A DNA stretch of 64,000 bases, from positions 66,898,001 through 66,962,000 of the forward strand of contig OX597830.1 of assembly GCA_951406725.2 (NCBI GenBank), in the 5' to 3' direction. This document shows, piece after piece, positions 38,431 through 50,622 of the stretch. Origin of the DNA: Octopus vulgaris (taxonomy: Eukaryota). Position numbers and translations under genes: made by a program. How positions within the stretch are numbered: the first letter of the stretch is position 1; each line of letters opens with the position of its first letter. The notes beneath the pieces are model-generated. The model did not search any database and was not told the DNA's origin. It saw nothing but the letters and a program-made list of their open reading frames with translations.

Positions 38431-40240
38431 GATTGATTGATTGATTGATTGATTCTAGTTTCAGCTTATGAGCTGTGGCCATGCTGGGGCACCGCCATTT
38501 GGTGTTGCTACTTGGTTTCACTTCACGAAAGCTTTCTAGCAACTGCCATTTGGTGCATGAGAGAGTTCGATGCAGCTGCCCTCATCTGCCCCTCCTGCCG
38601 TGAAGTTGGTTCATCTGGGACACCTGACAGGAAGAGATCCAGCTTCATTTTAAAGACATCTGCATCCACCCCATGCAGGTCTCTCAGGTTCTTCGGGAGG
38701 ATATTGAAGAGCTGTGGGCCTCAGAAGCCCAGGCTATCACAGAATCTTGTCCTACATCTTGATGGCAAGTTTGGAGTCCTAGGCACCACGCAGTGGCGCC
38801 CAGTTCTGGCATTTGCGTAACTCTCGATGCCAAAGTTCAGGACACGTCCCTCCAGGATCTTCCAGATGTATATTATGGCATATCTTTCCCGCCTACGCTC
38901 CAGGGAATATAGTTTTAATCTCTTGAGTCTTTCCCAGTAGCTTACATTCTGCATAGAGGCTATCTTCTTCGTGTAGCTACGTTGGATCGCCTCGAGCTCT
39001 GTGATCAACTTGACACTGGATGGTGACCATAACTGAGAGCAGTAGTCAAAGTGGCTTAGGACAAGTGTCCTCCAGAGGACCATCATGGTTTCTTGTTCTC
39101 TTGTTCTAAAGGTTCTGAGGATCCATCCGGCCAGTCGTCTACATTTCATTGCCAATTTAGTAACATGTACACAAAAGGTCGCATCATCACTCATGTAAAT
39201 ACCTAGGTCACGCACTGATTGTGCCTCTAGGATTGCTATTCCTCCGGGTCCAGTGTATTCATTGGGTATTGCGTTTAGTTTTGCATGCTGATAGTATAGA
39301 GCTTGAAACTTTTCAGCATTGAACTGCATGCTATTCTTTTCAGCCCACTTGTATATTTTGTCCAGCTCACATTGCAGGTGTTTAGTGTCCTCAGGGTTCT
39401 GTATTGCCTGTGAAACTTTTGTATCATCTGCATAACTTGTGATCGTGGCTCTCTGCGTGGCTGAGGGCATGTCTGAGAGGGCCATTATGAACAGTAGTGG
39501 TCCCAGAACAGTGCCCTGCGGAACACCGCTCACTATTTGCGTGTTAATGGAAGTGGCCCCATTGGCTACTACCACCTGACTTCTATCTTTCAGAAAGTCA
39601 TGAAGCCATTCTCCCAGTTTTCCAACTATGTTGAGATCACGCAGTTTGTGACATATCATTCCATGATCGACTTTGCAAAGGCCTTTGCAAAGTCGAGATA
39701 TATCACTTCCACATTTGAGTGGTTGAGCAGCCGTTTCAGCACCCAGTCATAGTGTTGTAGGAGCTGAGTTAAACAGCTTCTCCCTGGTCGGAAACCATGT
39801 TGGGTGTCGGGCAGCAAGTCATTCTCTTCAAGGAAGGTGATCAGCTTCCTTCTGACTATTCGTTCCATGACCTTGCTGATGTGTGAGGTCAGAGAGATAG
39901 GTCTGTAGTTCTTGGCTTCCGCTCTGCTACCTCCTTTATGAATGGGGCATATTTTACCTTCCTTCAGTTTTCTTGGAAGTTTGCCAGCTGCAAGGAAGCT
40001 CTGAAAGAGGAACTGCAGTGGTCTTGCTAGGACTCTCTTACATGCTTTTAGGAGGATTGCCGGGAATCCATCGGGGCCAGTAGCTGAGTCTGTTTTCATT
40101 TCATCTATAGCCTTGATTACATCGTCTTCCTTTATATCGATGTAATCTATCGTCGCTGCCTCTGATTTTATATCTGCAGTGGTAAAAAAGTCAGTTGGAT
40201 TGGTGATTTGGAGATGCCCAAGGGGTGGAGTGAAAGTGTT
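38431..40240 (-). mobile_element. 5'-truncated CR1-group LINE, young
   Basis: RT ORFs with GPDG, NYRPISLTS, QHGFRPGRSC, YLDFAKAF, GVPQGTVLGP, YADD and LERRRER; 3'UTR hairpin and (AATC)n tail. Confidence 0.93.
38523..40240 (-). pseudogene. LINE ORF2 reverse transcriptase, disrupted by a 1-nt deletion (~39676) and one TGA (38721)
   Basis: ORFs 39656-40342 and 38721-39659 join across the frameshift. The frame continues past the TGA (GPQLFNILP...SNSL) to a stop at 38523. Confidence 0.9.
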
Positions 40241-40312
40241 TCGTGAAATTTGATATAGTATTTCTAAATTGAATTTTTCCCTGTAAGTTTCCCTCATATT
40301 ATTATTATATGT

Positions 40313-40624
40313 ATCATCATCATCACCATCATTGTTTAACATTCGTTTTCCATGCTAGCATGGGTTGGACAGTTCGAATGGGGTCGGGGAAGCCAGGAGG
40401 CTGCACCAGGCTCCAGTCTGATCTGGCAGTGTTTCTACAGCTGGATGCCCTTCCTAACACCAAGCACTCCATGAGTGTAGTGGGTGCTTTTTATGTGCCA
40501 CCGGCACAGGTGCCAGGGGAGGCTGGCCACGGCCACTATCGATCGGATGGTGCTTTTTACTTGCCACTGGCATGGAAGCCTGTCAAGGCAGCGCTGGCAT
40601 CAGCCACGTATGGATGGTGCTTTT

Positions 40625-40628
<4 letters not shown>
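40313..40628 (-). mobile_element. Family B RTE-tail copy
   Basis: Reverse complement of the family-B consensus. Confidence 0.8.
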
Positions 40629-40665
<37 letters not shown>

Positions 40666-40793
40666 ACACTCATAACATAGTTCTGTGTTTGCAGAATATA
40701 GCAAATGTGTCATAGTCATAAGTGGAATGCCTTTGATCATAGGTCTACTCAATCAAGGGTACCCTGAGGCTAAACAGCAATGATAATAACAGC

Positions 40794-41560
40794 CAGTTTA
40801 GAGGTAGGCCTATTGTTATTCTCCTGAACTGTTCTGTGATTCTGTCCATTAGTTTGCCTGAAATGAACGAATATAGCAGTTTAGAGATATGCTTATTATT
40901 TTCATTTTTCTGAATTTTTCTGTGGTTCTGTCCATTAGCTTGCCTGCAAAGACCAAATATGGCAGTTTAGAGATAGGCCTATTATTGTCATTTTTCTGAA
41001 TTTTTCTGTGATTCTGTCCATTAGCTTGCCTGCAAAGACCAAATATGGCAGTTTAGAGATAGGCCTATTATTGTCATTTTTCTGAATTTTTCTGTGATTC
41101 TGTCCATTAGCTTGCCTGCAAAGACCAAATATGGCAGTTTAGAGATAGGCCTATTATTGTCATTTTTCTGAATTTTTCTGTGGTTCTGTCCATTAGCTTG
41201 CCTGCAAAGACCAAATATGGCAGTTTAGAGATAGGCCTATTATTGTCATTTTTCTGAATTTTTCTGTGATTCTGTCCATTAGCTTGCCTGCAAAGACCAA
41301 ATATGGCAGTTTAGAGATAGGCCTATTATTGTCATTTTTCTGAATTTTTCTGTGATTCTGTCCATTAGTTTGCCTGCAAAGACCAAATATGGCAGTTTAG
41401 AGATAGGCCTATTATTGTTATTCTCCTGAACTTTTCTGTGATTCTATCTATTAGTTTTGCCTGCAAAGACCAAATACAGCAGTTTAGAGATAGGCCTATT
41501 GTTATTCTCCTGAACTTTTCTGTGATTCTGTCCAGTATTTGCCTGCAATGACAAATATGG
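40794..41560. repeat. 86-bp tandem repeat, about 9 copies
   Basis: ctgtccattag recurs at 40928, 41014, 41100, 41186, 41272 and 41358. Confidence 0.92.
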
Positions 41561-43130
41561 TAGTTGACAGACAAGCTTTTTATTCTTATTCTTCTGAAGG
41601 GCTTTTTTTTTTTTTGCAATTCAGTCCTTTAGTTTGCCTGCGATCATTACTCTTGAGCTCTATGTGTGCAACTATTTAGATTTTTGTTCAGGAGACCAGG
41701 TGGAGGAGTAGAGTTAGTCACAGGGGCCCAAGCGTGAAAGGGCAATAGATCAGTCATGAATAAACTGCAGTCTGTAGGCTGCGTGTGGTTTGTAGGACTC
41801 TCTGAATGGCACACCAAGGAAAAATTACCTTGAATTATTTTTTAGTAGTGCAGCCTGTCAGATGATGTGTCATGTCTCATGAGGCCTGCTTCTCATAAAA
41901 CAGTTGTCAGTACCTCCTCTCAATTTTGTCTACCACTCAGGTCATCCAAGGTGGGATTTGAACTCAGAATGTAAAGAAATGGATTAAGTACTGCAAGGTA
42001 TCTGGTCAGTTTCTACAGATCTGCCAAACTACTACCATGGTTGTGTGTAACTGGTGAAGGCCCATGGATTAGTGGTTATGGTATTCTGTTCATGATCATA
42101 AGGTCATCAGTTCAATTCTTCGTGGCATGTTATGTCCTTGAACAAGATACTTTATTTCACATTACTCCAGTCCACTCAGCTGGCAAAAATGGGTTGTGCC
42201 TCTAATTCAAATAGCCGGCCTTGAAGATTGAAGATCAAGTCTATTGGAACACAGAGTAGATGTAAATATTAAAAAATAATCCTTTTTCTTTTTTTTTTTG
42301 CTCTCTAAAGAGGATGTTAATTAGTTAGAAAAAAGTATAATCTTATTAATAACTCAGACATTTTAGAAATTTAATTTAATTAAACCTAATTCTTCAACAC
42401 TCCAGGAAATTAAATTTAGTGATCTCTAACAGAGAACAGTATGCAGCATCTTTACACGGCACCGTTTCCACCTCTACCCCAGAGCTCCGAGGATTAGACA
42501 CATCCCTAACAACTAAGACACTGATGGCTAAATTAATCTGCATCATAGTTCTCATATTCTCATATTTTAAGTTCTAAATTTATTTCACAATAAAAATGGA
42601 ATGGCCAGTCTTAGAATGCTGAATCAACAATTCTTTGATTCTTTAATCAATATTTTACAAGCAACCAATGCTGTTCAAACAAAGAATTGAATCAATGTAG
42701 CCGTCAGATATCCTTTGAAGGCATGGTGATGCGGTTAAGAAGTTTGCTCTTTATCTACGTGGTTTTGAGTTCAAGGGGCTGCCTAGGCAGCACCTTGGGC
42801 GAGAGTCTTGTATTACATAGTCCCTGGTCTACCAAATCTTTTAGAGTGCAATTTGGCGAACAGAAACTATGTAAGTGCAGTACAAGGATCATTCCTGTAC
42901 TTGGGAGATAGTCTTAATTCAATGCCAGCTTAACTCCATCACCTGACCTTTGGGTACAGGTACCTTTGACAAGTCCCTTAACTCCATGACAGTAGTTGGG
43001 GCATTTCAGCTATGCAGCATATCTTGGGCAAGAAAGCCTGCTGAAGCCCATTGCGCTTCAGGCTTAACTCATTTGTAAAACTGAGTGGACTGGAGCAACA
43101 TAAGATGAAGTGCTTTGCTTAAAAACACAA

Positions 43131-43293
43131 GGCGTAGGAGTGGCTGTGTGGTAAGTAGCTTGCTTACAAACCACATGGTTCCTGGTTCAGTCCCACTGCA
43201 TGACACCTTGGGCAAGTGTCTTCTACTATAGCCTCGGGCTGACCAAAACCTTAAGAGTGGATTTGGTAGACAGAAACTGAAAGAAGCCCATCG

Positions 43294-43325
<32 letters not shown>

Positions 43326-43533
43326 TTGTGTGTCTGTGTTTGTCCCCCCAACATCACTTGACAACTGATGCTGGTGTGTTTACGTGCCTGTAACTTAGCA
43401 GTTCGGCAAAAGAGACTGATAGAATAAGTGCTAGGCTTACAAAGAATAAGTCCTGGGGTCGATTTGCTCCATTAAAGTTCGTGCTCCAGCATGGCCACAG
43501 TCAAATGACTGAAACAAGTAAAAGAGTAAAAGA
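43131..43533 (+). mobile_element. Family A SINE inserted in a minus-strand family D SINE
   Basis: Family D sequence on both sides (43060-43130, 43535-43612). Confidence 0.8.
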
Positions 43534-44593
43534 GATGACCCAGTCCAAGGATTGAAACCACTATTTCATGGTCATGAATTCAACACCCTAACCACTAAGC
43601 AATGTACCTCCACTAGTGGTGCTCATTTCTACAGCTGAGTGAACTGGAACAACATGAAAAGAAGTGTTTTGCTCAAGAATACAACTTATCACCTGGTCCA
43701 GGAATTGAAACCACAATCTTACGATCATGAGCCCAACACCCTAACCACTAAACCCTGTGTCTCCACAGGTACCTTTAGCAGAGATAAATATTTTTTGCAG
43801 GCATGACTGTGTATTTAAGAAGTTTGCTTTTTCCTCCATGTCGTCTGAGGGTTAATCCCACTATGCAGTACCCAAAGCAAATGTTTTCTACTACAGTCTC
43901 TGGCCAACCAATATCTTGTGAATGAAACTTAGCAAATAAAATCTATGAGCAAGCATAGTGAAAGGATTGTTCCTGCTCTTAAGAGATAGACTGAACCTGA
44001 TCTCAAGTTTAACACCTCTACCTGGTCTTTGTGTGCTTTTGGCAGCACCTATCCGGTTGTGAACCATTGGGCCTAGTCTCTATTTGATGATAACTCCACC
44101 CTTCATCCCTCCTTCCCAATCTTACAGAAACAAAAATGTGTCATATCAGGTTTAAGGGGATGAGCTCATAGAATTTTAGCATGCTAGACAAAATGCTCAG
44201 CAATATTTCGTCTGGCATGTTCTGAGTTCAAATTCCACTGAAGCTGATTTTGTCTTCATCTTTTCAGAGCTGGATAAAACATGTACCAGTTGAGTACTTG
44301 GGTAATGGGTGCCACATAAAAAGCACCAATGAAGGTGCCTCTTAAAAAGTACTTAATGCACTCAGTAAAGTGGTGGGTATTAGGAAGGGCATCCAGCCAT
44401 AGAAACCATGCTGTAGAAGATAATGGAGCCAGGTGCAGCTCCTGATCTTACCAGCTCCTGTTAAATCATCTAACTCATGCCAGCATGAAAAATGGACATT
44501 AAATGACGACGGCGACGACGATGATGACGACGATGGCGATGACGTTGATGACGATGATGATGATGATGATGATTCTTTTTTATGTATTTTCAG

Positions 44594-44710
44594 TACCAAC
44601 GCAAGCCGTAATTTTTCTAGTAGTCGTAGGAGGATGCCTGGTTTTCCTCATTATATTATACATATTCCTTGAGAAGAAGTCATGTTTTGCTGGGCTGCAG
44701 TTTTTAAAAG
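44594..44710 (+). CDS. SYT14: Transmembrane-domain exon of a synaptotagmin-14/16-like gene: (V)PTQAVIFLVVVGGCLVFLIILYIFLEKKSCFAGLQFLK
   Basis: Strong acceptor ttcttttttatgtattttcAG and donor AAG|GTAAGT; 117 bp, phase 1-1, open frame. The hydrophobic helix followed by KKxCF resembles the SYT14 N-terminus as I recall it (VSPEAVGFLSAVGVFIILMLLLFLYINKKFCF). Confidence 0.72.
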
Positions 44711-44829
44711 GTAAGTTTCTTGCTTTATAAATCATTTCAGTAGAAATATTGCAGACAACATTCAGAAAGCAAAACCATTTCTCTTTCAGATTTTCAACAT
44801 TATTTATAAACATGATTCTTCTTCCTTTT

Positions 44830-45262
44830 ATCTGCTATCATTTACTCGATTCACTCATTAGACTTCAGCGATGATGGGACACTGCTTTGAAGGATTTTTT
44901 GTCGACTGTATCAAGCCCAGTACTTAATTTTTTTAAAACCTGGTACTTATTCTATCGGTCACTTTTGCCAAACTGCTAAGTCATGGGAACATAAATACAT
45001 CAGTATTGGTTGTCAAGCACTGGTGGTAGGACAAATGCAGACACAAAGACACGCATATGCACATGTGCATGCACACGCACGCACACACACACAACCACAT
45101 GCAATAAGCTTCTTTCAGTTCTTGTCTACCAAATTCACTTACAAGGCTTTGGTCAGCCCGAGGTTATATCAGAAGACACTTGATCAAGGTGCCATGCAGT
45201 GAGACTGAACCTGGAACAATGTGGTTGGGAAAGAAAGTTCTTACCACGCAGCCATGCCTGCA
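44830..45262 (-). mobile_element. Family A SINE
   Basis: Matches the family-A consensus (diverged). Confidence 0.75.
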
Positions 45263-45394
45263 TGTATTTGAACATAAAAGTTTTATGTTTTTATTCATTT
45301 ACTAGTTTCAGTCATTGCATTTCAATCTGGCACTTGTTTTATCAGCTTCCTTTACTGAACCGCTAAGTCACAGAGATGTAAAGAAACCATATTG

Positions 45395-46212
45395 ACCATT
45401 TGCTTCTGTTCAAGCAATTCGTAAGGGATAATCCCTTCCCAGTCTCACCATACGCACAACATCATTTTACACGGATGAAGATCTTGTTTCACACGCGGTG
45501 TCACTTGTTTACCGGGGAAAAACCATTCCTTATGCTGCTTCATATTGATGTACATGCACCATTTTTCGTTGCCAGTAATGATTCAGTAAAGACATCGTTG
45601 CTTGTGTCCATGAGTTGAGTGGTGACGAGCAAGCAAACCAGCGGAGATTGTGGGTCGTTGATTTTTGTTGTTGTCACTTAAAGCATGCAGAACCCATGCT
45701 CCATACTTCTGAACCTTTCCCATCAAGTGAAGATGCTTCTCTATTGCAGTGTGGGAGCATTCCATTTTCTCTGCCAGTTCCCTTGTTGTTTGACAAGAAT
45801 TTTCATGCAAAAGTTGGTTTAATCGCTTTTCATCGAACTCAACTAGATGGCCAGAATGAAGTGCATCTTTGAGGTCAAAATTTCCATTTTTGAACTTGGC
45901 ATACTGATCATGAGCGGTTCTTTCAGCTATGGCACCCTCTCCATACACAGCGCAAATGTCACGAGCAGCTTTTGTGACCATAGAGCCTTGATTAAAAGCA
46001 AAAAGATGTCAAAAATGCTTGTTTTTCTTAACTTGACATTCCATTTTAATGATCTGAAAATAAACAAAAATTAACTAAAATTAACTAGAAAAAAAAACAA
46101 AATAGATTCCAAAATGATTCAAAAATAGAATTCTCGGAAAAAATAGATTCCAAGAGTTAAAAACGCAATAGATTCCAAAATTTAAAAGGTGGGAACTTAG
46201 TTGCCAACCCAA
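45395..46212 (-). mobile_element. Mariner (DD34D) transposon, 5' two-thirds, pseudogenised
   Basis: TIR TA|TTGGGTTGGCAACTAAG; peptides AARDICAVYGEGAI, WVLHAL, IITGNEKW and LHPCKMMLCVW. Confidence 0.88.
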
Positions 46213-46762
46213 TACCTAATACTCCTAAGAGAGGACATCCATTTTTGATCTCTTTGTATTGAGTTTTTACCAAATTTTCTCTTGTTTCTGAATATGTTTC
46301 CACCAATTATTGTTAGTTGTCTTCGACAAAGACTTCATTCTGTTTTATGTATCACAAATCTTCTGTTTCCACATCTACCAAGATATTCTTACTAAGAAAC
46401 ATCAGGAGAATACCATAGAAATGACCTTGTCTGTGAGTCTGATCTGGACAAATCTGGAATATTCTCCAAAATGTCAAATGTTGCTTTCTCATTCAATTCA
46501 GCCTCATTGATTTTGAAGTATTTTGGAAAAAAATATCTTAAAATTTCCAATCTTCTAAATATTTCTTCATTTTGAAACTATTTGATAATTAATTTGGTCA
46601 GTTTCATTTAATTTTATGCAATGCAAAATAATATTTATAAAAGAAAAAAAAAAGAATGTGTTGTAGATTTTTTTCAATGTTTTCTCTTTCTTCGTTTAAG
46701 ATTTTCTATTTTATATTTGAACTAATTCTTATGTATTTGATATGTGAACTGCTTTCTATCTA

Positions 46763-46951
46763 CAGAGTCTGCCAAAAGAATGTATACACACTTCAGGAAA
46801 GGAAAACTCTGTGTAAATATTTAACTTGTATAAGTACCTCTATAAATGTAGATACTTATTTCGATGTTGTATCAAATTGCAATAACACTGAAAATTTTTA
46901 TACAGATTTTTCCATTGCTAAAGTCTATGTACATTGCTTTGGCAGGCTCTG
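46763..46951. mobile_element. Tc1/mariner-type MITE
   Basis: TIRs cagagtctgccaaaagaatgtatac / gtacattgctttggcaggctctg with TA on both sides. Confidence 0.7.
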
Positions 46952-47044
46952 TAATTGTTAACTAAAGCTAGGCATAAGTGAATGTCTGCTCCTGAAACTA
47001 TATAATCACTGTAGTGATATATGAATTCATTCCCTGATATCTTG

Positions 47045-47259
47045 TATCTTTTATTGGTTTGTCATTAGACTGTGGCCATGCTGGGGCACCACCTTGAAGA
47101 ATTTTTAGTCAAATGAATCGACTCCAGTACATATTTTTTCAAGCCTGGTACTTATTCTATCAGTCTGTTAGGCCAAACTGCTAAGTTACGGGGACACAAA
47201 CACACCAACGTCAGTTGTCAAGTGGTGGTGTGAGGCAAACACAGACACAAAGACACATG

Positions 47260-47296
<37 letters not shown>

Positions 47297-47545
47297 GATA
47301 GGCTTCTTACAGTTTCTTATTTCTTTATTGCCCACAAGAGGCTAAACATAGAGGGGACAAACAAGGACAGACAAACAGATTAACCTTACAGGCTTCTTAC
47401 AGTTTCTGTCTACCAAATCCACTCACAAGGCTTTGGTTGGACCAAGGTTATAGTAGAAGACAAATGCTGAAGGTGCCATGCAGGGCAACTGAATCCAAAG
47501 CCAAGTGGTTGGGAAGCAAGCTTCTTACCACAAAGCCATGCCTAC
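47045..47545 (-). mobile_element. Family A SINE with a nested family C 3' tail
   Basis: Duplication aggcttcttacagtttct at 47300-47317 and 47390-47407 flanks the nested tail. Confidence 0.75.
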
Positions 47546-47639
47546 TCTTTTATTTCCAATTTTTTAATTGAAATACACTGTCTTTATTTTGATTAATTTT
47601 GAAAATAATTAAGAATTTAATAAAATAATCTCGTTATTG

Positions 47640-49055
47640 GTGAGCTGGTAGAATCATTAGCATGCTGGACACAATGTTTAGCAGCATTTCATCCATCTTA
47701 ATGTTTTGAGTTCAAACTCTGCAGAACTCAACTTTGCCTTTCATCCTTTTGGGATTGATGAAATAAGTACCAGTTGAGCATTGAGGGCCACTGAAGTTGA
47801 CTAGCTCCTTATTTCTTTACTGCCCACAAGGAGCTATACACAGAGGGGACAAATAAAGACAGACAAACGGATTAAGTTGATGATATTGACCCCAGTGCGT
47901 AACTGGTACTTATTTAATCAACCCCAAAAGGATGAAAGGCAAAGTCGACCTCGGTGGAATTTGAAATCAGAATGTAGCAGCAGACGAAGTACTGCTAAGC
48001 ATTTCGCCCAGTGTGCTAACGTTTCTACCAGCTCGCCACCTTAGTTGGCTAGCTCCTTCCCTGAAAATTTCAGGAGATTATTAATCTTGTGCTTGGAACA
48101 TAAATTAACATGAAATTTTGATGGAAAATTTTGATTTAGACTACTTTAACTCATTCGTAACCATATTCCTGCAAAAATACAATGCCTTGGTTTCAAATAA
48201 TGAAGTCAGTTACATAACTTTGCCATTTTTAAACAGTTGTTTGGAATATATATTGATTTCAATTTTTGGCACAAGGCCAGCAATTTCATGGGAGAATGTA
48301 AGTCAATTGACTCTAGTAATCAACTGGTACTTATTTTGGCATGACTCCTGAAAGAACAACTGATACAACTCCTGAAAGAACAAAAGACAAAGTTGACTTT
48401 GATGGGACTTGAACTCAAAATGTTAAGACAGCTGAAATATCCTTTCTAACAAAGGCACAAGGCCTGAAATTTTAGAGGAGGGGACTAGTCAATTATATTG
48501 ACCCCAGTGTTCAATGTGTACATATTTTATCAACCCTAAAAAGATGAAAAGCAAAGTCAACTTCAACGGAATTTGAACTCAGAATGTAAAGATGGACAAA
48601 ATACCACTAGGCATTTTGTCCAGAGTGCTTACAATTCTGCCAGCTCACCGTCTTGTTTGGAATATAAATTGGTTTCAAATTTTGGCATAAGGCCGGCAAT
48701 TTCGGGGAGGGGGCAAGTTAATGACCTTGACCCCCAAATTCCGCCGCGGTCGACTTGGCCTTTCATCCTTTCGGGGTCGATAAATTAAGTACCAGTTACG
48801 CACTGGGTTCGATGTATTCGACTTAATACCTATGTCTGTCCTTGTTTGTCCCCTCTATGTTTAGCCCCTTGTGGGCAGTAAAGAAATAGGTACTTATTCC
48901 ATTGACACCAATGCCCAACTGGTACTCATTTCATTGACTTCCAAATGGATGCAAAGGCAAAACTGACTTCAGCAGAATTTGAACTCAGAATGTAAAGACA
49001 GAGGAAATACCATTAAGCATTTTGTCTGGCATGCTAACGGTTCTGCCAGCTTACC
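47640..49055. mobile_element. Cluster of about 6 family C SINEs in both orientations
   Basis: Repeated gactttgcctttcatcctttcggggtcga motif. The copy at 47808-48042 has an agttgRctagctcctt TSD. Confidence 0.75.
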
Positions 49056-49833
49056 AAATTCTTTAAAACATAAATTAACATGGAGCGTTAATGGGAGATT
49101 TTTAATTTAAATAACTTTAAAACAGGAAGCTTGTATCATTGGACCAAGGGTGGTGGGCTCATATGGATTTGTATCAAAATTATCGTGTTGATACAAAATC
49201 ACATGCTTACAGCAAAATCTTGACCATTACATGCCCACTGAACCATAGTGGTTAATATAGTTGTGCAAGTCAGTGATTAATTAAAATACAAAGCTAATTA
49301 ATCTATTTACATTGCATATGTAGAGTGTCTGGCCATTTCAGTGGCTTGACTCAGTAAGAGAAAAAAATGTTTTTGTAATGTTTTATAAAATGGTGCTCCT
49401 TTACAAGATAATTATACAATTTATATGTTACATCCAGCCAAGTTATTGATTTGGCAAGAATTCAAGCCAAAAGGAATACAAGAAACCAAAGATTAACTGA
49501 GTTAAATAAATGCCAAGTTTTCATTTTAAAACGTCCCCATACTAAATTTCGGTAAGTCAGTTGGAAAGTGTTTCTTGAAAATATATTTAAAGATTCTTCT
49601 AAAATTCTAAAATATTATTTTGTTCTGGTATTGCTTTGTTCATGCAGAATTGGTTCTGGACAACAACAGTAATTAACCTTTATATGCACGCACACACATG
49701 CACACACATGCTGAGACAGACACAGACACACACACACACACACACACATAAATGTATTTAATTCATGTCGTTATAATAACAGTACTTTAACCATCTACTT
49801 TTTTATGCTGGTCTTATGTGTGTAAAGATATAG

Positions 49834-49992
49834 GGGCAGGCGTGCCTGAGTGGTAAGAAGCTTGCTTCCCAACCTCATGATTCCAGGTTCAGTCCCACTG
49901 TATGGCACTTTGGGTAAGTGTTTTCTGCTAAAGTCTCAGGCAGGCCAAAGCCTTCTGAGTGGATTTGGTAAATGGAAACTGAAAGAAGTCTG

Positions 49993-50029
<37 letters not shown>

Positions 50030-50270
50030 TGTATGTATATATTATGTGTGTGTCTTTGTGTTTGTGTTTGTCGCCCCACCATTGCCTAACAACCAATGTT
50101 GGTGTGTTTATGTCTCCATAACTTAGCAGTTCAGTAAAAAGTAACTGATAAAATAAATACTAGGTTTACAAAAGATAAATCCTGAGATTGATTTTTCGCT
50201 TAAAAAATCCTTTAAAGTGCTGCTCTAGCATGGCTGAAGTCAATTCACTGCAGCAAGTAAAAGAATAAAA

Positions 50271-50275
<5 letters not shown>
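49834..50275 (+). mobile_element. Family A SINE
   Basis: Matches the family-A consensus. Confidence 0.8.
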
Positions 50276-50317
<42 letters not shown>

Positions 50318-50324
50318 TATATAT

Positions 50325-50622
50325 ATAGAGTGTGGTGAAAAAATTATCGTGTAAATTACGCAAAAATGAAAATAACACTTATCTCATTTTAACAGATATA
50401 TTTACCAGAATTACATAAAAATATCTTGAAATACTAAATAGTAAATTTATTCAATAAAATCGCCATTGGCTTCAATCAGAGCCCCCAGACGACTTTGGAA
50501 TCTAGTGCAATACTTCTGGATGTTCTCCATGTTTAAGTTGGTGAATGCTGCCATAATTCTTGCCTTCAGTTAATCTTTGGTGTTACAAGGAGTTTTGTTG
50601 GTCTCTCGCTTGACTGCACCCA
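50325..50622 (-). mobile_element. 3' end of the same DD37D family
   Basis: Reverse-complement homology to 37120-37409. Confidence 0.75.

Noticed and set aside
42432-42576. Possible terminal exon ending in hydrophobic LMAKLICIIVLIFSYFKF*
   Set aside because: Weak acceptor; phase incompatible with the flanking phase-1 exons; no recognisable homology.
49438-49551. Possible exon ending at cg|GTAAGT
   Set aside because: Open only in a phase incompatible with the TM exon; weak acceptor; no homology recognised.
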